This document shows positions 7,367 through 16,037 of a stretch of DNA of 32,000 bases, piece by piece. The translations under genes were made by a program, and so were the position numbers. Position 1 is the stretch's first letter; each line of letters starts with the position of its first letter. Source of the DNA: Mycolicibacterium smegmatis (GTDB taxonomy: Bacteria; Actinomycetota; Actinomycetes; Mycobacteriales; Mycobacteriaceae); contig NZ_LN831039.1 of the NCBI RefSeq assembly GCF_001457595.1, positions 6,090,001-6,122,000 on the forward strand, read 5' to 3'. The notes beneath the pieces are model-generated. The model saw nothing but the letters and a program-made list of their open reading frames with translations. It was not told the DNA's origin and searched no databases.

Positions 7367-8683
7367 ATGTCGGTGGGCAGGAGTAGCGTTCGAAGCGTGA
7401 TCGAGAATGTGTTCGATATCGATCCGCAGGCCTCGGAGGCCGAACTGCGTGATCGCATCGAGCAATTCGAACGTATGAAATCTGCCGCGGCCGCCGCCCA
7501 GGCCACCGCCTCGGTGCTGTGGGAACAGAAACGCCGCGCCGCGGAGGCTGCGGCGGGCATCTCGGCGTCCAGACGCGGCAGAGGCCTGGCCACCGAGGTG
7601 GCGTTGGCACGGCGTGAATCCCCCAACGCCGGCGGACGCCACCTCGGTTTGGCCCACGCCCTCGTCGACGAACTGCCCCACACCCTGGCCGCACTGCGGT
7701 GCGGCGCGCTCTCGGAATGGCGTGCGACGTTGATCGCCCGCGAATCCGCGTGCCTGTCACCAGAGTTGCGGCGCGAGTTGGATGCCGAACTGTCGGCCGA
7801 CCCATCCCGGTTCGACGGCTGGGGCGATGCCCGCGTGGCCGCCGAAGCCAAGAAGATCACCTGCCGCCTCAACATCGACGCTGTGCTCGACCGCTCGGCC
7901 AAGGCCGAGAAGGACCGCCGTGTCACCATCCGCCCCGCCCCGGACGCCATGACGAAACTGACCGTGCTGCTACCCCTCAAACAGGGCGTCGCGGTCTATG
8001 CCGCGCTGCACCAGGCCGCCATGGTCAACGCCGATGACCGCAACCGCAGCCAGGTCATGGCCGACACCCTCGTCGAACGCGTCACCGGTCGTCCCGCGCA
8101 CGCGCCTGTGCCGGTCAACCTCAATCTCGTCATGGCCGACACCACGCTGTTCGGCGAGGACGACCAACCGGGCTGGGTGCAGGGGTACGGCCCCGTGCCT
8201 GCGGAGGTCGCACGGTGCATGGTCGCCGACGCCACGCTCGACGAGAACACCAAAGCCGCTGTGCGCAGGCTCTTCCGGCATCCGAAGTCCGGACAACTGG
8301 TCGCGATGGAGTCCCGCTCCCGGATCTTCCCGAAGGGGCTGGCCACGTTCATCGGGTTACGGGATCAGACCTGCCGTACGCCGTATTGCGACGCCCCCAT
8401 CCGCCACCGCGACCACGCTGTCCCGCACCACGACGGCGGACCCACCACCGCGCACAACGGGCTGGGCACCTGCGAAGCCTGCAACTACGCCAAGGAAGCC
8501 CCTGGGTGGAGCGTCATCATCACCGAGACCTCCGACGGGGAGCACATCGCCGAGTACGTCACCCCCACCGGGGCGGTCTACCGCTCGACCGCGCCCCCGC
8601 TACCGGGCAGACCGGTGCGGCACACGCTCAGCCTGGTCGAGACCGGTCTGACCATCGACCTGGTCACTTTCGACGCTGCGTGA
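7367..8683 (+). CDS. DUF222 / HNH endonuclease domain protein (mycobacterial REP13E12-type family)
   Basis: The long helical N-terminal region is typical of DUF222. The C-terminal HNH motif reads CRTPYCDAPIRHRDHAVPHHDGGPTTAHNGLGTCEACNYAKE. ATG at 7367 has no obvious RBS, and the GTG at 7397 (VIENVFD) is an alternative start. Confidence 0.85.
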   Translation: MSVGRSSVRSVIENVFDIDPQASEAELRDRIEQFERMKSAAAAAQATASVLWEQKRRAAEAAAGISASRRGRGLATEVALARRESPNAGGRHLGLAHALVDELPHTLAALRCGALSEWRATLIARESACLSPELRRELDAELSADPSRFDGWGDARVAAEAKKITCRLNIDAVLDRSAKAEKDRRVTIRPAPDAMTKLTVLLPLKQGVAVYAALHQAAMVNADDRNRSQVMADTLVERVTGRPAHAPVPVNLNLVMADTTLFGEDDQPGWVQGYGPVPAEVARCMVADATLDENTKAAVRRLFRHPKSGQLVAMESRSRIFPKGLATFIGLRDQTCRTPYCDAPIRHRDHAVPHHDGGPTTAHNGLGTCEACNYAKEAPGWSVIITETSDGEHIAEYVTPTGAVYRSTAPPLPGRPVRHTLSLVETGLTIDLVTFDAA

Positions 8684-10598
8684 CGAACCACTGCAGCAGA
8701 TCCGGGTTGTCCACGGCGCTGCGGTCGACGACCTTGGCCGGGTCCGCGCCCTGGAAGAGTTTCTTGATGGGCACCTCGAGCTTCTTGCCCGTACGTGTGT
8801 GCGGCACACCGGGTGCGGCGATGATCTCATCGGGCACGTGCCGCGGCGACACCTCGGTGCGGATGGTCGACTTGATCCGATCCCGCAGTTCGTCGGTGAG
8901 TTCGACGCCGTCGGCGAGTACCACGAACAACGGCATCCAGTACCCGCCGTCGGGCTGCTCGGCGCCGATGACGAGGGCCTCGACGATCTCCGGGATGCGT
9001 TCCACGACCTGGTAGATGTCGGCGCTGCCCATCCGGATGCCGTGGCGGTTGAGCGTGGAATCGGAGCGGCCGTGCACCACGATGCTGCCGTGCTCGGTCA
9101 GCGTGATCCAGTCGCCGTGACGCCACACGCCCGGAAACATCTCGAAATACGCGGCCCGGTAACGAGATCCGTCAGGGTCGTTCCAGAAGGCGATGGGCAT
9201 CGAGGGCAGCGGTTTGGTGATCACGAGTTCGCCGACCTCGCCCCGCACGGATTTGCCGTTCTCGTCCCACGCGTCGATGGCGGCTCCGAGGTAGGGCGCA
9301 GAAAGCTCACCGGGCCACACCGGGACCGTGGGCGCCCCGCCGATGAACGCCGAGACAACATCGGTGCCGCCGCTGATCGACGACACCTGTACACGTTCGC
9401 CGACGTTGTCGCGCAACCACAACGCCGATGACGGCGGCAGCGAGGATCCGGTGATGCCGACGACTTTCAGCGCCGAGAGGTCGTGCTCCTTGCGCGGCAC
9501 GGCGCCGGCCTTCGAACACGCCAGCACGTAGCCGGGGCTGGTGCCGAGCACCGTGACCCCGATCTTGGCCGAGACGTCCCACAGCGCATCGGCCTTCGGG
9601 TAGGTGGGGCTGCCGTCGTAGCAGACGATGGTGGCACCCACGAGCAGCCCGGCGACCTGGAAGTTCCACATCATCCAACTCGGGCTGGTGTACCAGAAGA
9701 AGGTGTCGGCGGGGCCGATGTTGTTCTGCAGCGCAACGGCTTTGAGGTGTTCGATGAGGACGCCACCGTGGCCGTGCATGATGCCCTTGGGCAGGCCGGT
9801 GGTGCCCGAGGAGTACAACACCCACAGCGGGTGGTCGAAATCCACCGCGGTGGTGGTGAGTTCGCGCGGGCCGGGCGCGCTCAGCTGTGCCCAGTCCAGC
9901 CAGTCGGGTCGGGCCTCGCCGATCCGCGACACCAGCACCGACGCCTTGAGCGTGGGCAGTCCGTCGCGCAGCGCGGCGATGTCGTCAGCCTTGTCGTGGG
10001 TCTTGCCGGCGAAGTGGTAGCCGTCGGCGGTCACCAGCACCGTGGGTTCGAGTTGGCCGAGGCGGTCGAGCGCGGCCTTGGCGGTGTAGTCCTGTCCGCA
10101 GCCGCTCCAGATCGCACCGATGCTCGCGGTGGCCAGGAACGCGATGATGGCTTCGGGGATGTTCGGCAGGTAGCCCGCCACGCGGTCGCCCGGTTTGACC
10201 CCGAGCGACACCAGGGCGTCGGCGAATGCCGCGGTGCGCCCCAACAGTTCCTTCCAGGAGATGTCGGTGACTGCTCCGCCCTCGGCGACGTAGAGGATCG
10301 CGGGCCGGTCGGTGCGCGCGTTGCGCTTGACCTGGTCGACGTAGTTGAGCTTGGCACCGGGAAACCACCGGGCCCCCGGCATCTCGTCGGTCGTGAGCAC
10401 CTGGTCCGGGCGCTCGCCGAGGTCGAAGTAGTCCCACACGGCCGCCCAGAACGCGCCCGGATCCTCGACCGACCACCGCCACAGCGCCTGGTAGTCGGGC
10501 GCGGAGACCCCTGTGCGGGATTCGACGTAGCGCGCGAAGTCGGTCACCCGCGCCGAATCGATGTCACTCTGCGTCGGTTCCCACTGCGGTGCGGTCAT
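8664..10598 (-). CDS. Acetoacetyl-CoA synthetase (acetoacetate-CoA ligase, AMP-forming)
   Basis: ORF-track frame trimmed to the ATG at 10598, which forms an ATGA overlap with the stop of the upstream dehydrogenase gene; GGAG lies 7 nt upstream. The N-terminus (YQALWRWSVEDPGAFWAAVWDYF) and the AMP-binding motif YSSGTTGLPKGI are characteristic. Confidence 0.9.
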   Translation of the reverse strand: MTAPQWEPTQSDIDSARVTDFARYVESRTGVSAPDYQALWRWSVEDPGAFWAAVWDYFDLGERPDQVLTTDEMPGARWFPGAKLNYVDQVKRNARTDRPAILYVAEGGAVTDISWKELLGRTAAFADALVSLGVKPGDRVAGYLPNIPEAIIAFLATASIGAIWSGCGQDYTAKAALDRLGQLEPTVLVTADGYHFAGKTHDKADDIAALRDGLPTLKASVLVSRIGEARPDWLDWAQLSAPGPRELTTTAVDFDHPLWVLYSSGTTGLPKGIMHGHGGVLIEHLKAVALQNNIGPADTFFWYTSPSWMMWNFQVAGLLVGATIVCYDGSPTYPKADALWDVSAKIGVTVLGTSPGYVLACSKAGAVPRKEHDLSALKVVGITGSSLPPSSALWLRDNVGERVQVSSISGGTDVVSAFIGGAPTVPVWPGELSAPYLGAAIDAWDENGKSVRGEVGELVITKPLPSMPIAFWNDPDGSRYRAAYFEMFPGVWRHGDWITLTEHGSIVVHGRSDSTLNRHGIRMGSADIYQVVERIPEIVEALVIGAEQPDGGYWMPLFVVLADGVELTDELRDRIKSTIRTEVSPRHVPDEIIAAPGVPHTRTGKKLEVPIKKLFQGADPAKVVDRSAVDNPDLLQWFVTQRRK

Positions 10599-11341
10599 CG
10601 CGCGCTCCATCCTCCGTCCATCGTGTACGACGCGCCGGTCACCATGCGTGCCGACGGCGAGGCCAGCCAACCGACCAGCGCGGCAACCTCTTCTGGCTCG
10701 ACCAGTTGCTTGATCGCGCTCTCCTTCAGCAGTACCTGCGCCACCACGTCATCCTCTGGGATGCCGTGGATGCGGGCCTGATCAGCGATCTGTTTGGTGA
10801 CCAACGGTGTCCGAACATACCCGGGGTTGATGCAGTTGCTCGTCACCTGGTGCGGGCCGCCTTCGAGCGCGGTCACCTTGGACAGCCCTTCCAGCGCATG
10901 TTTGGCGGTGACGTAGCCGACCTTGTATTCGGAGGCGCGCAGGCCGTGCACCGACGAGATGTTGACGATGCGGCCGAACCGCTGGCGGTACATGTGTGGC
11001 AGCGCCGCGCGGATGAGCAGGAACGGCGACTCCACCATCAGCGTCATCAGCATCCGGAACCGCTCCGGCGGGAACTCCTCGATCGGGTTGATGCTCTGCA
11101 CACCGGCGTTGTTCACCAGGATGTCGACATCGAGTTCGAGGTCTTCCAGCGCGGCGACGTCGAGAAGATCCACGGCCCACGCCGTTCCGCCCACCTCGGC
11201 GGCCAGCGCGTCGGCACGTTCGGCGTCGATGTCGGCGATGGTGACCGCGGCACCGCGCGCGGCGAGTTCACGCACACACGCCGCACCGATGCCACTGGCC
11301 GCACCTGTCACGAGAGCCTTGCGACCGGCCAGATCCGTCAC
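10595..11341 (-). CDS. bdhA: 3-hydroxybutyrate dehydrogenase (classical SDR)
   Basis: GTG start at 11341 forms a GTGA overlap with the stop of the MFS gene. TGAASGIG cofactor motif, NNAG, catalytic YVTAKHALEG, and a C-terminal ...SYTMDGGWSAR tail typical of BdhA. Confidence 0.85.
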   Translation of the reverse strand: MTDLAGRKALVTGAASGIGAACVRELAARGAAVTIADIDAERADALAAEVGGTAWAVDLLDVAALEDLELDVDILVNNAGVQSINPIEEFPPERFRMLMTLMVESPFLLIRAALPHMYRQRFGRIVNISSVHGLRASEYKVGYVTAKHALEGLSKVTALEGGPHQVTSNCINPGYVRTPLVTKQIADQARIHGIPEDDVVAQVLLKESAIKQLVEPEEVAALVGWLASPSARMVTGASYTMDGGWSAR

Positions 11342-12666
11342 GCGCGCACCCGTTCCACGTCGGCCGCGTCGATGTCGGCCAGGTCGATGCCCTTGGTCTC
11401 ACGCGCGGCGATCACCGAAACGAGGGTCACGAGCGCGGCGAGCGCGAGGTAGATCGCGATCGGCACCGACGAGTCGAACGTCTTCAGCAACCACACCGCG
11501 ATGATCGGAGCCAACGATCCCGCGACGATCGAGGTGACCTGATAGCCAAGGGACACACCCGAATACCGCATGCGCGTCGGGAACATCTCCGCCATGATGG
11601 CCGGCTGCGGCGCGTACATGAGGGCGTGGATCACCAGGCCGAGGATCACCGCGAGGGTGACGATCGCGTACTGGCCGGTGTCCATCATCGGGTAGGCGAA
11701 GAAACCCCACACCATCGCGAGGACCGCTCCGAGGAAGTACACCGGACGCCTGCCGAAGCGGTCCGAGAGCCGGCCCACGGTGGGGACCGCGAGGAAGTGC
11801 ACGGCGTGCGCGATCAGCAAGTACCACAAGATCCGGTTGGTATCCACGTGCACGCGCTGCGCGAGATACGTGATCGTGAACGTGACCACCAGGTAGTACA
11901 TGATGTTCTCGCCGAACCGCAGGCCCATCGCGGTGATCACGCCACGCGGGTAGAGCTTGAGCACCTCGATGGCGTTGAACGAGCTGGCCTTGATGCGCTC
12001 GGCCTCCTGTTGCGCTGCAACGAAGATCGGCGCGTCGGTGACCTTGGTGCGGATGTAGTAGCCGATCAGCACGACCACGGCCGACAGCCAGAACGCCACG
12101 CGCCAGCCCCAGGACAGGAACGCCGCGTCGGACAGGAGACCGTTGAGCACCAGCAGCACGATGGTGGCCAGCATGTTGCCGACCGGCACGCCGGCCTGCG
12201 GCCAACTCGCCCAGAACCCGCGGCTGGGGTTCGGGCTGTGCTCGGCGACGAGCAGCACCGCACCGCCCCATTCGCCGCCGACCGCGAAGCCCTGGATGAA
12301 CCGCAGGATCACCAGCAGGGTCGGCGCGAGGTAACCGATCTGTCCGAACGTGGGCAGGCAGCCCATCAGGAACGTCGCGGCGCCCACCAGCAGCAGCGAG
12401 AACTGCAGCAGTTTCTTGCGGCCGAACTTGTCGCCGTAGTGGCCGAACACGATGCCGCCGAGTGGGCGGGCGATGAAGCCGACGGCGTAGGTGACGAAGG
12501 CCGCGAGGATCGCGTCGAGGGCGTCGCCGCCCTGCGCGAAGAACACCTTGTTGAAGACCAGCGTGGCAGCAGTCCCGTACAGGAAGAACTCGTACCACTC
12601 GACCACCGTGCCGGCCATCGATGCGACGACGACGCGGCGGAGGCCGGTCGGGACGGGTGCGCTCAT
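11338..12666 (-). CDS. MFS transporter, metabolite:H+ symporter (MHS) family
   Basis: ORF-track frame trimmed to the ATG at 12666, preceded by GAGGAG with 6 nt spacing. The MHS N-terminal signature SMAGTVVEWYEFFLYGTAATLVFNKVFF, about 12 hydrophobic segments and GDKFGRKK are present. It is the first gene of the bdhA / acetoacetyl-CoA synthetase operon. Confidence 0.85.
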   Translation of the reverse strand: MSAPVPTGLRRVVVASMAGTVVEWYEFFLYGTAATLVFNKVFFAQGGDALDAILAAFVTYAVGFIARPLGGIVFGHYGDKFGRKKLLQFSLLLVGAATFLMGCLPTFGQIGYLAPTLLVILRFIQGFAVGGEWGGAVLLVAEHSPNPSRGFWASWPQAGVPVGNMLATIVLLVLNGLLSDAAFLSWGWRVAFWLSAVVVLIGYYIRTKVTDAPIFVAAQQEAERIKASSFNAIEVLKLYPRGVITAMGLRFGENIMYYLVVTFTITYLAQRVHVDTNRILWYLLIAHAVHFLAVPTVGRLSDRFGRRPVYFLGAVLAMVWGFFAYPMMDTGQYAIVTLAVILGLVIHALMYAPQPAIMAEMFPTRMRYSGVSLGYQVTSIVAGSLAPIIAVWLLKTFDSSVPIAIYLALAALVTLVSVIAARETKGIDLADIDAADVERVRA

Positions 12667-12698
12667 CAGCGACTCCTCGGCGTGAATACGGCGGGCTA

Positions 12699-12715
12699 TG
12701 GCATGGGTCATGCCA
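12699..12715. promoter_or_regulatory. Palindrome TGGCATG-GGT-CATGCCA, candidate LysR-type binding site upstream of the MFS-bdhA operon
   Basis: Perfect 7-bp arms, 33 nt upstream of the MFS start, in the divergent region shared with the LysR gene. Confidence 0.35.
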
Positions 12716-12800
12716 CGTGGGCGCTGTGACACCCACGACAGCTCTCGTGAGTATTCCTGCACGGGAGACCTGCCCGCAATGCCCACCGATGCACCTTCTG

Positions 12801-12816
12801 TCTGCAAAAATGCAGA
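12801..12816. promoter_or_regulatory. Palindrome TCTGCA-AAAA-TGCAGA, candidate autoregulatory/operator site
   Basis: Perfect 6-bp arms with an A4 spacer end 2 nt before the proposed LysR ATG (12818). If the earlier ATG at 12779 is the true start, the palindrome lies inside the coding sequence. Confidence 0.3.
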
Positions 12817-12817
12817 A

Positions 12818-13729
12818 ATGGCTGATGCGCCTGCGTCGCGCCGTCCCAGCGCCGATGACCTCCTGGTGTTGCTCGCGGTCGGGCGCACGGGCCGCTACAC
12901 CACCGCAGCCGACGAACTCGGCATCAACCACACGACCATCTCGCGACGCATCGCCGCGCTCGAGGAGGCACTCGGCGGCCGTGTGCTGACCCGCGGTGCG
13001 GGCGGCTGGGAGCTCACCGATCTGGGGCGCGACGCCCTTGCGGCCGCCGAGACCGTCGAGGCCGCCGTGACCTCCCTGGCCGCCGATCGGCGTCGGCAGC
13101 TCGAGGGCGTCGTGCGGATCTCGGCGACCGACGGGTTCAGCGCCTACATCGCCGCGCCGGCCGCTGCGCAGGTGCAGCGTGAACACCCGCGCATCGCCGT
13201 CGAACTCGTGGCGACGACGCGCCGCGCGTCACAGCAACGCACGAGCCTCGATCTGGAGATCGTGGTGGGCGCGCCACAGGTGCGCCGCGCCGAGGCGATC
13301 CGGCTCGGCGACTACTGCCTGGGCCTCTACGGTGCGCGCGACTACCTGGCCGAGCACGGGACACCGGAGAGCGTCGCCGACCTCGAGCGGTACCCGCTCG
13401 TCTACTTCATCGACTCGATGCTGCAGGTCGACGACCTCGACCTGGCGCCCGCCTTCGCGCCGGCCATGCACGAGTCGGTCACGTCGACCAACGTGTTCGT
13501 CCACGTCGAGGCCACCCGTGCGTCGGCCGGGATCGGACTTCTGCCGTGTTTCATGGCCGACCGCCACGACGATCTGGTACGCGTCCTGCCCGAGACCGTC
13601 TCGGTGCGCCTGAGTTACTGGCTGGTGGCGCGCGCCGAGACCCTGCGCCGCCCGGTGGTCGCCGTTGTGGTCGACGCGATCCGCGACCGGATGGCCGATC
13701 AGCGCGATGTACTTCTGGGCGTCCGATAA
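12818..13729 (+). CDS. LysR-family transcriptional regulator
   Basis: N-terminal HTH LLVLLAVGRTGRYTTAADELGINHTTISRRIAALEE plus a LysR substrate-binding domain. Divergent from the ketone-body operon. The start is taken as the ATG at 12818; ATG 12779 and the track start 12698 are alternatives. Confidence 0.85.
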   Translation: MADAPASRRPSADDLLVLLAVGRTGRYTTAADELGINHTTISRRIAALEEALGGRVLTRGAGGWELTDLGRDALAAAETVEAAVTSLAADRRRQLEGVVRISATDGFSAYIAAPAAAQVQREHPRIAVELVATTRRASQQRTSLDLEIVVGAPQVRRAEAIRLGDYCLGLYGARDYLAEHGTPESVADLERYPLVYFIDSMLQVDDLDLAPAFAPAMHESVTSTNVFVHVEATRASAGIGLLPCFMADRHDDLVRVLPETVSVRLSYWLVARAETLRRPVVAVVVDAIRDRMADQRDVLLGVR

Positions 13730-13823
13730 CGTTTCTCACCACATGCCGGATGAGATCTCGTACCACACCGCGGGACGCCTCGAAACCCTTGCGGTCGCGG
13801 CGCGACATTGCTGCAGTAATGAC

Positions 13824-14594
13824 ATGCCCTTCGTCGAGCACCCGCGCGGACGCGCCTACTACCGGCACTGGCCGGCTCCCGAACCGCGCGCGGCGGTGAT
13901 CTTCCTGCACGGGTTCGGGGAGCACACGGGTCTGTACCACCGCTACGGCTTCACGCTGAACGCCGCGGGTATCGACCTGTGGGTCGTCGACCAGTTCGGG
14001 CACGGTCTCACGCCGGGTACGCGTGGGGACTTCGGCAAGATCGAGGACAGCTCGGCGCTGGCCGAGGCGTTGACCGTGCTGGCCGAGAAGCAGAATCCAG
14101 GGCTGCCGCTGATCGCGCAGGGACATTCGTTCGGCTCGGTGGTCACCCTGTTCCGCCTGCTCGCCGAGCCTGACCGGTACCGGGCCGGCATCATCTCCGG
14201 CGCACCACTGGTGCCGATTCCCGACATGCTCGACGCCGACACGTCTTTGGACCTGGACCTGAACTGGCTGTCGAGCGACCCGTTCTACCGTGACTCGCTC
14301 GAGAACGATCCGCTGGCGTTCTCCGACGCCGACGCCGCACCACTGACGCGCGAACTGGACCGCGCCTGGGACCGGTTCGGGCTGGAGCTGCCCCAACTGA
14401 CGGTACCGACGCTCGCGGTGCACGGCTCGGCCGACGTGATCGCGCCGGTCGACGCCGTGCGTGCCTACGCCGAGCAGATAGAGCCCTTGCAACTCAAGGA
14501 GTTCCACGGCGCCCGCCACGATGTTCTCAACGAGTCGGTGCACCGCGAGGTGGCCGCGACGGTCGTGAAGTTCATCTCGTCACAGATCGGCTGA
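13824..14594 (+). CDS. Alpha/beta hydrolase (lysophospholipase / monoacylglycerol-lipase-like)
   Basis: ORF-track frame trimmed to the ATG at 13824 (MPFVEHPRG...). HGFGEH oxyanion region, nucleophile elbow GHSFGS, and C-terminal HGSAD...ARHDV, which could supply the catalytic Asp and His. Confidence 0.8.
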   Translation: MPFVEHPRGRAYYRHWPAPEPRAAVIFLHGFGEHTGLYHRYGFTLNAAGIDLWVVDQFGHGLTPGTRGDFGKIEDSSALAEALTVLAEKQNPGLPLIAQGHSFGSVVTLFRLLAEPDRYRAGIISGAPLVPIPDMLDADTSLDLDLNWLSSDPFYRDSLENDPLAFSDADAAPLTRELDRAWDRFGLELPQLTVPTLAVHGSADVIAPVDAVRAYAEQIEPLQLKEFHGARHDVLNESVHREVAATVVKFISSQIG

Positions 14595-14607
14595 GTCAGA
14601 CGCTCCG

Positions 14608-15897
14608 TCAAGCCGGCGTGTACTCGATGTGCAGCTTGGTGAGACCGCGCAGCAGGAACGTCGGCTCATACGCATAGGTTCGGCTGTCGGCCGGGCCGTG
14701 CCGTGTGGCGTCGATCCTGATGTCCCGCAGACGATCCAGCATGCGCCGCACGGTGATCTGGCCCTCGACACGCGCCAGCGGCGCGCCGGCACAGGTGTGG
14801 ATGCCACGGCCGAACGCGATGTGCTCGCGGACGTTCGGCCGGTCGATGCGGAACTCGTGCGGATCCTCGAACTTGCGCGGATCGCGGTTGGCCGCACCCA
14901 GGCACAGCATGAGGACCGTGCCGGCCTTGATCTCCACGCCGCCGAGCGTCGTGGTCTTGCGCGCCAACCGGAAGTCGACCTTGGTCGGGCTCTGAGTGCG
15001 CAGCGCCTCCTCGATGAACACCGGGATCAGGTCCGGTTCCTTGCGCAATCGCTCCTGGAACTCGGGACGTTCGGCGAGCGTCTGCACGGCCGAACTCAGC
15101 AGTTTGGTGACGGTTTCCTGCCCGGCCGCGAACAGGAACGTCGCGGGTTTGACGACCTCCATCAGATCCGGCGTCGAACCGTCCGGGTACGTCGCGGTGG
15201 CCATGCCGGAGAGCACATCGCCGCGCGGTTCGCGACGGCGCTCGGCCAGATAGCCCGCGAACTTGCAGTCGAGATACTGCAGCGGGTCGAGACCGACGGG
15301 CTCGCCGTCGAGCGCGCCCACGCGCGCGCCTTCACGCGGTGCGGCGCCCAGCGCCTCCAGGAACTCCGCACGGTCCTCCTCGGGAACACCGAGCAGGTCG
15401 ATGATCGCCGACGTCGCAAAGGGTTTGGCGTACTCCGAGAGGAACTCGCAGCGGCCCTCGTCCGCTTGGTTGCCGATGATCGCATCGAGTTGGCGGTCCA
15501 CGAGTTGCCACATGAAATCCTCGTTCTCCTTGAGGCGACGAGGGGTGAGCAGCTTGGAGAGCAGTGAGCGAGCGCGTTCGTGCGCAGGCGGATCCATGAC
15601 CACCATGTGCTCGTGGATCGGGAACAGGTGCCGGTGCGCCTCGATCTGCTCGGTGATGTCGTCACCTTCCGGCGTGAACGGCAACGGCGGGAACGGCCCG
15701 CCGATCGCGTTGACCGCCGAAAACGAATCATGGTCCTTGAAGGCCGCCATCACCTCCTGATAACCCGTGACCGCGACGACGCCGTAGTGCGGTTCGGTGG
15801 TCACCGGTCCGCGGCTGCGCAGGAAGTCGTAGTACTCGTAGGGATCCTGCGCGACGGCCGGGTCGGAGAAGTAGTCGACAGAGGCGAGATCGGTCAT
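14608..15897 (-). CDS. Cytochrome P450 monooxygenase
   Basis: Heme-binding loop FGRGIHTCAGAPLA, I-helix FAAGQETV and the ExxR block are present. The start is taken as the ATG at 15897 with GAAAGG upstream; the GTG at 15924 is an alternative. No ferredoxin or reductase gene is adjacent. Confidence 0.9.
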   Translation of the reverse strand: MTDLASVDYFSDPAVAQDPYEYYDFLRSRGPVTTEPHYGVVAVTGYQEVMAAFKDHDSFSAVNAIGGPFPPLPFTPEGDDITEQIEAHRHLFPIHEHMVVMDPPAHERARSLLSKLLTPRRLKENEDFMWQLVDRQLDAIIGNQADEGRCEFLSEYAKPFATSAIIDLLGVPEEDRAEFLEALGAAPREGARVGALDGEPVGLDPLQYLDCKFAGYLAERRREPRGDVLSGMATATYPDGSTPDLMEVVKPATFLFAAGQETVTKLLSSAVQTLAERPEFQERLRKEPDLIPVFIEEALRTQSPTKVDFRLARKTTTLGGVEIKAGTVLMLCLGAANRDPRKFEDPHEFRIDRPNVREHIAFGRGIHTCAGAPLARVEGQITVRRMLDRLRDIRIDATRHGPADSRTYAYEPTFLLRGLTKLHIEYTPA

Positions 15898-15928
15898 GCT
15901 GAAAGGCCTTTCGTGCCCGGACACGCGT

Positions 15929-15950
15929 AGTTTGATCGACTGATCAAACT
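15929..15950. promoter_or_regulatory. Operator palindrome AGTTTGATC-GACT-GATCAAACT in the P450 / TetR divergent region
   Basis: Perfect 9-bp arms, 32 nt upstream of the P450 start. The same TTTGATC-N4-GATCAAA core recurs at 17499-17516. Confidence 0.6.
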
Positions 15951-16037
15951 GTTAGGATGGGTCATGCTTATCACGCCTCGGACCGAGCGGTCAAGAGTCG
16001 TAGTCGGTTCACATCGACTGGCACGCAAGGACTCTCG

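Noticed and set aside
7125-7400. 91-aa plus-strand ORF spanning the IS 5' arm.
   Set aside because: It has no RBS and odd composition, and it crosses the start of the DUF222 gene in another frame. The region is better explained as non-coding structured DNA or RNA.
9483-10781. Long antisense or alternate-frame ORFs in the supplied track. Examples: 517..1524, 1374..2201, 3379..4746, 9483..10781, 11399..13186, 13551..14543, 14629..15567, 19853..21373, 21706..22914, 23032..24654, 25422..26981 and 27193..28422.
   Set aside because: Their translations are Arg/Gly/His/Asp/Pro-rich low-information sequence typical of shadow frames in high-GC DNA. Each lies opposite or out of frame with a gene that has clear family signatures, and none shows a recognisable motif or an RBS-supported start.
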